A program made the translations under genes and the position numbers. DNA of 64,000 nt from an uncultured virus (IMG/VR IMGVR_UViG_3300036769_000405) (Duplodnaviria > Heunggongvirae > Uroviricota > Caudoviricetes), in IMG/VR virus record IMGVR_UViG_3300036769_000405. One strand, given 5' to 3'. Below are positions 49,964-58,990 of this stretch, one piece after another (within the stretch, counting starts at the first letter, position 1; the number at the start of each line of letters is the position of its first letter). The notes under the pieces were generated by a model. That model had not been told where the DNA came from and made no database searches. It saw only the letters and a program-made list of their open reading frames with translations.

Positions 49964-50389
49964 ATGCAAATCGACAACTTCTATGGTAAGTACAGATTCC
50001 TGTCGAACTTCTATCCTTGTGAGATTGAGTATGAAGGGTTGATATTTCATTCTGTTGAAGCTGCTTATCAGGCTTCAAAATGTAATGATATTGATGAACG
50101 TAGACAGTTCTGTGATCTAAGCCCAGTAGAAGCAAAGAAAAGGGGTAGGAAAGTCCCATTACCTCTTTTATTTAATAAACAGAAAGATGTTATTATGCTT
50201 GTACTTGTTAGACAAAAGTTTGAACGCTCTAGTGAGTTAAGGGATTTACTTATCTCTACGGGTGATGCCTTATTGATTGAGGGTAATACTTGGGGAGATA
50301 CTTATTGGGGTGTTTGTAATGGAGTTGGACAAAACAAGCTTGGATATATACTCATGCAAGTTCGCGATGAATTGAATTGGGGTTATTAA
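49964..50389 (+). CDS. NADAR (YbiA/DUF1768) family hydrolase
   Basis: FLSNFY, SVEAAYQASK, RQKF, LLISTG..LIEGNTWGDTYWG...GQNKLG.ILMQVR. Confidence 0.92.
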   Translation: MQIDNFYGKYRFLSNFYPCEIEYEGLIFHSVEAAYQASKCNDIDERRQFCDLSPVEAKKRGRKVPLPLLFNKQKDVIMLVLVRQKFERSSELRDLLISTGDALLIEGNTWGDTYWGVCNGVGQNKLGYILMQVRDELNWGY

Positions 50390-50401
50390 TTAAAAGGAGG
50401 T

Positions 50402-50686
50402 GTGTGTGTTATTATGAGTGAACAGCAGTCAGATGTTAAATCAGCACTTAAGAGTCTTGGAGATGGCTTTCTTAAGGGAGCAGGTACAAGCGTTGATGAA
50501 GTAAAAGAACAGGGTGTTGGTAATGTAGTATCCAAAAGTTTTGGAAACATGGCTGGTAGAGCTGTTAAATCTGAAACAAATCGGATTACAAAAAGTTTGA
50601 TGCGAAAAGCTATTATTGCCGGAGTAGCACTGGTCATTGCAGTTATCTTAATCTTGTTTTCTTTAATTACAGGAGTTTGGTTTTAA
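50402..50686 (+). CDS. Small protein with C-terminal TM
   Basis: AAGGAGG RBS; amphipathic N-terminus, C-terminal TM. Confidence 0.65.
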   Translation: MCVIMSEQQSDVKSALKSLGDGFLKGAGTSVDEVKEQGVGNVVSKSFGNMAGRAVKSETNRITKSLMRKAIIAGVALVIAVILILFSLITGVWF

Positions 50687-50698
50687 TTCAAACTCCTG
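50670..50698 (+). terminator. 10-bp inverted repeat at gene end
   Basis: CAGGAGTTTG...CAAACTCCTG. Confidence 0.5.
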
Positions 50699-50753
50699 CA
50701 GATCATACAAAATTAACTAACAGTGAATCACTGTTTGAACTGGGAGGCTTTTA

Positions 50754-51281
50754 ATGTATACTGTAGAAATCTATTCAGAATGCAAACTCAAAGAAGATGT
50801 GTTATTCACTTCTACTAAGTGTGCTGATAAAAATACTTTATTGGAGGTACTCAATTCTTTACCTCTGAATATACATCGTATAAGTAAGATCGTTATTAAA
50901 CCTGATACTAACGATGTGAATATGGAAGATGAAATCAAAGAGTTTACTCATCATGCTACAGCTGCTTGTGACGTGTTATCTCATGCTAAGTTCGTCAAAA
51001 GTATTCTGGATATTTTAAAGGATTATCCAGAAATAAGTAAAGTTGTTTTTGATGGACATGATTGGAGTGAAAATTCAAGAAGATGTTTAATCACTCTGTA
51101 TTATGATGATGTGCACATGGGTGAGTGTGTTAAGGGTATTTTGAGGTTATGCAATGCTGCAAAGGCTGTTGATAATCTTTACAATACAGGTCATGCTGGA
51201 CATCATGTTATTACAGTACCTATCATAGATTATCAGAAAGATGACTGTACATTCGTATATGATCGAGGAGTAGACTTTTAA
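50754..51281 (+). CDS. Hypothetical protein; C-half resembles a degenerate minimal nucleotidyltransferase
   Basis: ILKDYPEISKVVFDG...YDRGVDF; paralogue of 51672..52238. Confidence 0.4.
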   Translation: MYTVEIYSECKLKEDVLFTSTKCADKNTLLEVLNSLPLNIHRISKIVIKPDTNDVNMEDEIKEFTHHATAACDVLSHAKFVKSILDILKDYPEISKVVFDGHDWSENSRRCLITLYYDDVHMGECVKGILRLCNAAKAVDNLYNTGHAGHHVITVPIIDYQKDDCTFVYDRGVDF

Positions 51282-51298
51282 TATATAAGGAGATACAG

Positions 51299-51658
51299 AT
51301 GAAAGAAATTATTGATGCTTTAGCAGGTGGTAATATTACCATATGGCAAGCTACTCATTGTGTAAATGATGAGACAAGTATGGAGCAGGATGCTATATTT
51401 TGGCTTCTTAAGGTAGTTGATAAGAAAAGTAATGAACATCATCTTGGTGTAATTACAGATGATGCTTCAGGTGCTATTCAAGTAGTTGACATGTCTAATG
51501 TACGTCCCATATTTTCTATAGTACATAAAGACACATATGAAATCACATATCCGCCTGCAGCTCAGCAGGATGCAAAGATGAGTGAAGCCATTATGGCAGT
51601 GAGTAGACTTACTAAAGTATTATCACAGTATATACTATCACATGGTTTAAAGCCATAG
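51299..51658 (+). CDS. Hypothetical protein
   Basis: AAGGAG RBS. Confidence 0.65.
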   Translation: MKEIIDALAGGNITIWQATHCVNDETSMEQDAIFWLLKVVDKKSNEHHLGVITDDASGAIQVVDMSNVRPIFSIVHKDTYEITYPPAAQQDAKMSEAIMAVSRLTKVLSQYILSHGLKP

Positions 51659-51671
51659 GGAGATAACTAAT

Positions 51672-52238
51672 ATGATTACAATGCAAGTATACTTCAACGA
51701 TGTTAACAATATTGAACATCTTGGTTATGATATAAAAACAGAATTAGAAAGTGTTCCTGAATATTTGAATGCTATGACACAGTGTATTTACGACGAAATA
51801 ACATATGGTTCAATATTGGAACATGACTGGAAAGCTAAGTCTCTTAGCAGAATCTTGGTACAGGTAAAAGCTTCTCCTTGGAGTACCCCTTATGCTGAAA
51901 AGACTTTCAGTAAAGTACCAACGGTTTCAGAAGTACATGCTATTGTCGAAGGTAATAAGAAAACAATGCGTGCACAGCTTATAGAAATAGTAAAGGAAGA
52001 ACCCAGCATAATTGCTATTGGATTTACCGGTAGTGACTGTGAAGATGTTGAGAACATCATAGCTATAACTATATATGCTGAAGCCAATGCTTACCACAAT
52101 AGCGTATTCGACATTTGTGATCTTATAAGGTCCCTCTATATAACAATTAACCACAATTCTAATGATACATATACATGTGCTGTATTCGGTGGTGTTGATA
52201 CAGATACATTTATGTTAAGGAAAGGAGTTGATTGGTAA
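51672..52238 (+). CDS. Hypothetical protein; C-half resembles a degenerate minimal nucleotidyltransferase
   Basis: IVKEEPSIIAIGFTGS...LRKGVDW. Confidence 0.4.
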   Translation: MITMQVYFNDVNNIEHLGYDIKTELESVPEYLNAMTQCIYDEITYGSILEHDWKAKSLSRILVQVKASPWSTPYAEKTFSKVPTVSEVHAIVEGNKKTMRAQLIEIVKEEPSIIAIGFTGSDCEDVENIIAITIYAEANAYHNSVFDICDLIRSLYITINHNSNDTYTCAVFGGVDTDTFMLRKGVDW

Positions 52239-52642
52239 TGAACAGTCCGTATGATGTTGACAGAGAACGTTGCAGAATTATGGATTACATACGGTTGGTA
52301 GTGAATGAATTACTTGATGGTGAAACAGAATTCACGCTCCTATCATTTATTAACGCAGTCTATGATTACAGTATCTGGTATTTTAAAGGTTCCAATATAC
52401 CAGGTAATATTAGTTGTCTCTTGTTATTAAGCAATAAGCGGGAATTTAAAATGATGACTCATTTATTGTACAAGCTTCATTGTGCTGCTCAAGTAGAGGG
52501 TACTAAACCAAGTGAATACAAAGTTGCAATACACAACCTGTTTACCTCAAAAGAATTTAACTATTTATTAGGTATTCTATTTAGAGGAGAACTTCGCTGC
52601 TTACCTATACTTATGGAAAATTACGGCAGGTATTTAGTATGA
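52232..52642 (+). CDS. Hypothetical protein
   Basis: AAGGAG RBS, coupled to neighbours. Confidence 0.65.
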   Translation: MVMNSPYDVDRERCRIMDYIRLVVNELLDGETEFTLLSFINAVYDYSIWYFKGSNIPGNISCLLLLSNKREFKMMTHLLYKLHCAAQVEGTKPSEYKVAIHNLFTSKEFNYLLGILFRGELRCLPILMENYGRYLV

Positions 52643-53139
52643 GTAAAGAATTAGATAGACTACCAACAATACCTGAGTATTATAAAGAACGTGTAGACCC
52701 TAATGTTGATTTGGAGACAGAACCTTATCAACCTTGTCCGTTTCATAATGAAACAACTGGTAAGTCACTTTCATACTCTAAGCAATTAGGTATCTTTCGT
52801 TGCTTTGGTAAGTGCCATTGTGGCGGTGATGTTATTGATATGCATCGCTTAAATTACCGATTAAAGTCACGTGAAGAAGCTAAACGTTCCTTGTATAGTC
52901 TCTATAACATCTCATTTGAAGATACAATCTCTTTTGAAAAAGAAGAAGTTGAAGTTGATGAGAAAGATGTTCACAGACGTCGTGCGTACTCCCTATCTTT
53001 GAAGCTGGCACAAACACCAGATGATTGGATAGAGTTAGATTATATACTTTCCAAAGTACCTTACGATGTTAAGGAACTCGAGGTGTTTTGTGCAAGCCAC
53101 GGGCATCCTATTTCATCGTCTACCAATTTACCTAGTTAG
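52639..53139 (+). CDS. Stand-alone CHC2 zinc-finger (primase zinc-binding domain) protein
   Basis: CPFHNE...S.....FRCFG.C..GGDVI; no TOPRIM domain in the ORF. Confidence 0.85.
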   Translation: MSKELDRLPTIPEYYKERVDPNVDLETEPYQPCPFHNETTGKSLSYSKQLGIFRCFGKCHCGGDVIDMHRLNYRLKSREEAKRSLYSLYNISFEDTISFEKEEVEVDEKDVHRRRAYSLSLKLAQTPDDWIELDYILSKVPYDVKELEVFCASHGHPISSSTNLPS

Positions 53140-53154
53140 GAGGTTTTAGTTAAA

Positions 53155-53595
53155 ATGAACAAGATCGCACAAGAGATTAGAAACTATTGGTTTACACAGT
53201 CCCCATTTTTCATCCTTGAACCTGACGTTCTTGACAAAGTAGTTCAGTCTTTAACAGATGAAGAAAAGAAGACGATTCTTACCGGTGATGAGGGTAAACC
53301 GACTGGTGATCAAGCATCTCAAGATGCCTACCTGTTTGCAGTTCACAAAGCATTTAATCGGCACAACGATATTATTACAGGTGCTACAACTGTGAACAAT
53401 GGAACTGTTCTGTGTACTGAAAAGGCATGTATAACAGAGTTGGATATCTCGGCAGAAACACTTAAGGATTGCAACAAGCACTGTATCTACCACATCTGTG
53501 ATGTGGAAAAAGATATCTTGCCGGGGTTATCATTGGAAGCAATTGCAGATCTGACAGCGGCTATTATTAGCTATAACGAAACACATACAATGTGA
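53155..53595 (+). CDS. Hypothetical protein
   Basis: AGGAGG RBS. Confidence 0.65.
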   Translation: MNKIAQEIRNYWFTQSPFFILEPDVLDKVVQSLTDEEKKTILTGDEGKPTGDQASQDAYLFAVHKAFNRHNDIITGATTVNNGTVLCTEKACITELDISAETLKDCNKHCIYHICDVEKDILPGLSLEAIADLTAAIISYNETHTM

Positions 53596-53611
53596 GAACG
53601 GAGAAATAAGT

Positions 53612-54478
53612 ATGCTTGTAGTCGACCATAATACATACACTACGCAATGGAGTTCAGGAGACACTGTACACCCTATGGAGTACGCAGGTGATGTCGTTGT
53701 TGTTTTTGACCCTAGTAAATCAAATATGGCTATGGTCGTCGGAACACCCGATGGAACTATTTTGAACACCATCGAGTTTTCAGGTAATAATCGTAAACGG
53801 GGACCTGCTATGGATACTACAATTTACTGTGAAGAGGTAAGACAGTTTTTATCTATTTACTTATCCAAGGTAAAATTGTATATGGTAGCTACTGAACAAG
53901 CTATCACCAAGACTGGGACTGCATATCATCATTCTAACATGGTTCTCACTGAGATAAGAGGAACTATCTTAAGTTTCTTTTTAGATCACTTCGGAGTAAG
54001 AGTAATAGAAGTGAATAACTGGTCATGGAAGTTTGCTATCTTACCTGAGGGTTATCGAGGTAAGTTTGAAAAAGGTTCTAAGAAATGGTTTCAGAATTGT
54101 ATGCCTGAATCACCTTATACTTATTACTTTGAAGCAGATATGACTGATTGTATTTGCATCTATTGGTATCTTATAAAGAAGCACTGTGCTAATTACAGCT
54201 GTTATTGTAACCAGTATGAAAAATGTGAAACTGATTATATGTACTATTTTCTTGCAGAGTCCAACAACGCAACTAGTGATATGCGAGAAGTAACTTACAA
54301 TCCTAGATTTAGTGTTGAGGAAAACTTAGGTTTCTATGTGAATAGAATCGTAGGTAACTTTTTCATGATAGTTCCTGTGGAAAAGATTGACGTTGCAGAT
54401 ATGTATGGTAAGTCAGTAGGTTTTCAACTGTGTGATACAGATTGTGTTAACATAAAGGTGGTGGCTAGAAGAACATGA
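53612..54478 (+). CDS. RuvC-like (RNase H fold) Holliday junction resolvase with C-terminal extension
   Basis: VVVFDPS..N.A, VATEQ, WK..., DMTDCICI give the acidic tetrad layout of RuvC. Confidence 0.7.
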   Translation: MLVVDHNTYTTQWSSGDTVHPMEYAGDVVVVFDPSKSNMAMVVGTPDGTILNTIEFSGNNRKRGPAMDTTIYCEEVRQFLSIYLSKVKLYMVATEQAITKTGTAYHHSNMVLTEIRGTILSFFLDHFGVRVIEVNNWSWKFAILPEGYRGKFEKGSKKWFQNCMPESPYTYYFEADMTDCICIYWYLIKKHCANYSCYCNQYEKCETDYMYYFLAESNNATSDMREVTYNPRFSVEENLGFYVNRIVGNFFMIVPVEKIDVADMYGKSVGFQLCDTDCVNIKVVARRT

Positions 54479-54612
54479 TAGTATGGATGAAAGATGCCTT
54501 ATTATGTCTCCTTATATGTTCTACTTTGGCTAACATCAAGAAGAATAAGAAAACTGCATACATTTCACTTGGAGTAATTTTTATATTACTTCTTATGGGA
54601 TTTGATTTGTAG
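54475..54612 (+). CDS. 45-aa two-TM peptide (not in ORF track)
   Basis: ATGA overlap with upstream stop; MIVWMKDALLCLLICSTLANIKKNKKTAYISLGVIFILLLMGFDL. Confidence 0.45.
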   Translation: MIVWMKDALLCLLICSTLANIKKNKKTAYISLGVIFILLLMGFDL

Positions 54613-54627
54613 AGTAAGGAGTTTCAA

Positions 54628-55617
54628 ATGCACAAGGTTAATATTGGTGTTATTATTGCATTGGTAATTTTTGTTATATTAAATATCGTGCAATTTATTT
54701 TATGGCACAATGCAAATGAGAAGATATCAGAACAGTACACTGCTGAGATCGCAAATCTTGAACAAACAATTGCAGGGTATGGTACTGAAACAACTGTGTA
54801 TACAGTCACGTCTGCTGTTAAAGCAGGTGATCAAATCACAGCTGATAACATTGAGCCTATGAAGATGTATTCCTCATTAATGACAGCACAATTTGTCACA
54901 AACACCAGTGATATCATTGGAGGTTATTTCAAAGTAGCAGTTAATCCCGGAACGCCTATCACTTACAATATGACAATGGAAGAAGAACTCGATGATACTA
55001 TGAGAGATCATGATATCATATTAGACAGTATTCCGGTTGGTACAACTGTTGGTGATTACATTGATATTCGTATGACAATGCCATATGGTGATGATTATAT
55101 CGTTATTTCACATAAGCGTATCTATGGTATTAGTGATGGTACAATCAAACTCTATATGACAGAGTTGGAGTGGAATACATATGAGGGCGCTCTGATTGAT
55201 TACTTCTTAAATCAGGAATACGGTTGTACACTCTATGGAACACGATATATTGAGCCTGGAATCCAGCAGGATGCTGTAGCTTACTATGCTGTTCCTACAA
55301 ACATTGCTGCTTTACTGAGTAAGAACCCGAATATTGTTGACAAAGAAGAAGCAGTTAGTCTGAATGAGTGGCGCGAGTCTATTGAGGAGTTACTTGTTAT
55401 TTTCCGTGATGAAGATGATACAGTTGACTCTGATGGTAGTAAACTTGCAGCTGGTCGTTCAACAATGAACGAAGCTATTGAAAGCGATCGTCAGAACAAG
55501 GCTGATTCTGATGCAGAAGCTGCTGAGGCAGAAGCTGATAGTGATTACACAGATGAGATCACAGATGACTTTTGGGATGAAGATATAACGGATGGAGGTG
55601 GCTCAGATGGTAATTAA
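54628..55617 (+). CDS. CpaB/RcpC-like SAF-domain pilus assembly protein
   Basis: N-terminal TM, VKAGDQIT, IIG.Y.KV....GTPIT SAF motif, LP...VGDYIDIR...G.DYIV.SHK. Confidence 0.8.
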   Translation: MHKVNIGVIIALVIFVILNIVQFILWHNANEKISEQYTAEIANLEQTIAGYGTETTVYTVTSAVKAGDQITADNIEPMKMYSSLMTAQFVTNTSDIIGGYFKVAVNPGTPITYNMTMEEELDDTMRDHDIILDSIPVGTTVGDYIDIRMTMPYGDDYIVISHKRIYGISDGTIKLYMTELEWNTYEGALIDYFLNQEYGCTLYGTRYIEPGIQQDAVAYYAVPTNIAALLSKNPNIVDKEEAVSLNEWRESIEELLVIFRDEDDTVDSDGSKLAAGRSTMNEAIESDRQNKADSDAEAAEAEADSDYTDEITDDFWDEDITDGGGSDGN

Positions 55618-56191
55618 CATTATCGGGGATTGTGATAAACGTCCTGTACTCTATACCGTTATGAAAATCTGTCAGAGTTTAGGTGATGTATTACTCGTAA
55701 CTTCTAGCAGTCGCTTGATTCGATTATCAGATACAGGTGAGTCCTATGGCCATTATCAGAACACTATGATTGCTGTGACGCAGGATGGTATCGATGATTT
55801 CTGGGAACAATTTATTTATGGTGTTAGTGATTTTGAGTTCATTATAATCGATAATCTTGTTTCAGCTGATGCTGATTTAGTCATTTATGTAAAAGGAATG
55901 ATTGAATCAGAAGCTGAGAAAGATAATCTGGAATATATCGATTCTTATGAAACGATCGATCTTTACAAAGGTAAGTTACTTGATGCAACAACAATGATAC
56001 GTTGTGAAGAGTTTGAAGCTTTAAAAGACATGGTTACTGTTAATACAAAAGTAGCTGAAAAAGTTTCTACAATCATGGCTAAAGCGTTAAATACTGATGC
56101 CAAAAAGATATATGCAATGGCAACAGTTCAGACTTCAACACATATGAACAGTGTCCCGTCAGCATCTAAAGGATTTTTTGGAAAGAGGTAG
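55607..56191 (+). CDS. Degenerate P-loop protein of the Tad cluster
   Basis: INIIGDCDKRPVLY...GDVLLV...FIIID: MinD-like layout without a canonical Walker A. Confidence 0.55.
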   Translation: MVINIIGDCDKRPVLYTVMKICQSLGDVLLVTSSSRLIRLSDTGESYGHYQNTMIAVTQDGIDDFWEQFIYGVSDFEFIIIDNLVSADADLVIYVKGMIESEAEKDNLEYIDSYETIDLYKGKLLDATTMIRCEEFEALKDMVTVNTKVAEKVSTIMAKALNTDAKKIYAMATVQTSTHMNSVPSASKGFFGKR

Positions 56192-56196
56192 AAATC

Positions 56197-56973
56197 ATGG
56201 CTCATAAGATTATGGTAATGTCACCTCTGCACAATACTGGTGCTACTGTTGTGTCACAGATGATTGCTCAGGGGCTTACATTTGATAACAAAACAACAAC
56301 CCTTGTCTTCACACAACCCGATTCACTCTTGCCTAAGTATTTAGGTATAGATGATATCAAAGACCCTACAAGGTCTATCATGCAGATTGTCAAATTGATT
56401 GACAATGGTGCTATTGAAGACAAGGATATTCTTGACTATGCTTACAGTTACACAAAGAACGGTTGGTTAATGAATTTAGCTGATCCGTCTTTAGCTGGTA
56501 AGGATCGTCAACATATTATATCGCACATTTACAGTCGTGTACCTACAGACATAGTTGTGTGTGATAACTCAGAGGATATTGATTCACCACTTACTCAGGC
56601 ATTATTGGAAGACAGTGATATGATCTTCATTGTCGTCGATATGTCTATGAAGTGTAGACAGCACTTGGAAGCTTGGTTACAATCTCCACAGCTTAAAAAT
56701 CATGCTAACGTTTACATTGTAGTTAATAAGTATAATGAGGTTGTTTATGCTGTGAGAACTTTTGCTAAGATCATCGGAATCTCAGCTAATCGTGTTTGTA
56801 AGTTGCATTATAATCCTTGGATTATGAAGTGTACTGTAAACAACCAGCTTCACACAATATTACCTCTGGCTCGAGGACTTGATCCTCGGGTTTCTAATCT
56901 CAACAATGATATTAACGAAATTAACCAATGTGTTAATGGTGATATGGTATTGAGAATGAAGAAAGGATTCTAA
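56197..56973 (+). CDS. CpaE/TadZ (MinD/ParA-like) protein
   Basis: KIMVMSPLHNTGATVV, IVVCD, SDMIFIVV, IVVNKY; position before TadA. Confidence 0.7.
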   Translation: MAHKIMVMSPLHNTGATVVSQMIAQGLTFDNKTTTLVFTQPDSLLPKYLGIDDIKDPTRSIMQIVKLIDNGAIEDKDILDYAYSYTKNGWLMNLADPSLAGKDRQHIISHIYSRVPTDIVVCDNSEDIDSPLTQALLEDSDMIFIVVDMSMKCRQHLEAWLQSPQLKNHANVYIVVNKYNEVVYAVRTFAKIIGISANRVCKLHYNPWIMKCTVNNQLHTILPLARGLDPRVSNLNNDINEINQCVNGDMVLRMKKGF

Positions 56974-56976
56974 ACT

Positions 56977-58974
56977 ATGAATGTAATAATCTGTTTAGTC
57001 ATCCTTACCATTTTCGTTACTGTATTAATCATGAAGTATCTGCGTGATCAAACAACTCGTATGGATATTCAGTTAGAGGATACTCTAACTCATGATGCTG
57101 TTGTTGATAAAGTTGTTAAAAGATTAGCAGACCTCATGAAAGAGGATACCTTTACAGGTAAGGATGATATTGAGTTCCAAGCTATTTACAAACGTCGTAT
57201 TCGTCTTGAGGAGGCAATGACAAATTGTGTCTATGGAATTGATAAAGATAAAATAGCTGTTAAGGAACTCATAACATCTGTACTACAAGAGATATTTCCT
57301 ACACAAGAAGATCTCTATAAGATATACCCACTTAATGGATATGCTGTAGAACCACATTGGCAATTCGAGATTCTCATGGAAAGACTCTATCCGACATACA
57401 AAAAGAATTCATTATCTTATTTGATTTCTAAGTATGGTTGGGATTCTGTTAGATATAATATTGAAGATGGTACAGTACCATCTTACAATGTATCAACAGA
57501 TGATTTACAAGAAGCCTTTGATAATGAGATTTTGGAACCACTAACTTTTCGTGAATCATTAGCTGTTGTGACAACTTTAATTTACGAAGAGTACAAAGGT
57601 ATGGGGTGTATTGATACATTACGTACAATGAATATTGATGGTTTCAACATCGGTACATCGGGTTCTATTATGTCAAGTAACCTAAATGATGCGGCATTAG
57701 ATTTTCGTGCTCCTAGATCAGTTTGGGTATACTATCAAGGTAAGTACATTCATTTCCAGTTCCTGAATTTTGGTGATGAAAATGAGGTTAAGAGAGTTGT
57801 ACAGCTTCTTGCAAGATACAATAATCCAGGACCACTTACTGAGAAGCGTGGATATCTTGTTAACACAATGTATGATAAATCCCGTGTACTTGCTATTAGA
57901 CCAAATGCTGGCGAGTACTGGGCTTGTTTCGTGCGTAAGTTTGTACTGAGTTCACACACCCTGGAAGCTTTGATTGATCCTGTGAGAAAAGATCCTTCAA
58001 CAGGTGATCCGTTGTATACAAGCGTTCCTATGACTGAAGATGAATTATATCTTGGTCAAGAAGACTGGGATAATATGCGTATCAAAGTAGATATGGAAGC
58101 TCATTGTAAGTTATTACCGCAACACAAGTATAACAACGCTGTTTTGCCTCAGGAAATGATCAAGCTTTTGATGCGTGGTCAAGTAACAACTGGTTTTACA
58201 GGACGACAGGGTTCTGGTAAAACAACAATGATGGTTGCAGCCATCTCTCAGGTTGATGCACGTTTCAATATTCGTGTACTTGAGATGGCTCCTGAAATGT
58301 ATTTGCGTGAGATTTACACACAGCGTAACATTCTATCTGTTGCAGAAACCCCTACAGTTGATGCTGCTCAATTACAGGATGCTTTGAAGAAATCAGATGC
58401 AGCTTTATCAATCGTTGGTGAGGTAGCAACTGATGTTATTGCGGCTCGTATGATTCAAATGGGTCAGGTTGCTTCTATCTTTACAATCTTTTCACATCAT
58501 GCAAACCGTACTGTGGACTTAGTTCACGCACTTACAAATTCTATCGTTTCAGCTTCCGGTGGTTCGGCAACACCAGCAACTGTAGAACCACAGGTAATTG
58601 ATGTCATCAAGGTGGATTGCCATTTGGATTATGATGTACTTGGTAATCGTTATATTGAACGTATTACTGAGATTATACGTCTTGATTCACAACCTTATCC
58701 TGAACAGGATAAAGTTCACGGTGAAACACTTGAGGAATATAAAGTACGCCTGGATAAGGAGTACTATACCCGCCAGACGGATAGACAGTCTTTCACAACA
58801 CGTGATGTATTGGTGTTCAATCCTCATACATTCACATATGACGTTGCTAGAGACAAAAATGGAATTCCAGTATTCTTTTCACCTGAACTTACAAGACATA
58901 TATTTTCACGTCTTCCAGTTGATGAAGTTCAACAATGGAAAGAGTGGGTGAATAAGTACTGGTTCTCTGCTTAG
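56977..58974 (+). CDS. tadA: TadA/CpaF pilus assembly ATPase with N-terminal TM
   Basis: Walker A GRQGSGKT, Asp box VLEMAPEM, Walker B IVGEV, His box FSHHA, RYIERITEI. Confidence 0.88.
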   Translation: MNVIICLVILTIFVTVLIMKYLRDQTTRMDIQLEDTLTHDAVVDKVVKRLADLMKEDTFTGKDDIEFQAIYKRRIRLEEAMTNCVYGIDKDKIAVKELITSVLQEIFPTQEDLYKIYPLNGYAVEPHWQFEILMERLYPTYKKNSLSYLISKYGWDSVRYNIEDGTVPSYNVSTDDLQEAFDNEILEPLTFRESLAVVTTLIYEEYKGMGCIDTLRTMNIDGFNIGTSGSIMSSNLNDAALDFRAPRSVWVYYQGKYIHFQFLNFGDENEVKRVVQLLARYNNPGPLTEKRGYLVNTMYDKSRVLAIRPNAGEYWACFVRKFVLSSHTLEALIDPVRKDPSTGDPLYTSVPMTEDELYLGQEDWDNMRIKVDMEAHCKLLPQHKYNNAVLPQEMIKLLMRGQVTTGFTGRQGSGKTTMMVAAISQVDARFNIRVLEMAPEMYLREIYTQRNILSVAETPTVDAAQLQDALKKSDAALSIVGEVATDVIAARMIQMGQVASIFTIFSHHANRTVDLVHALTNSIVSASGGSATPATVEPQVIDVIKVDCHLDYDVLGNRYIERITEIIRLDSQPYPEQDKVHGETLEEYKVRLDKEYYTRQTDRQSFTTRDVLVFNPHTFTYDVARDKNGIPVFFSPELTRHIFSRLPVDEVQQWKEWVNKYWFSA

Positions 58975-58990
58975 GAAAAGAGGTGTATGT

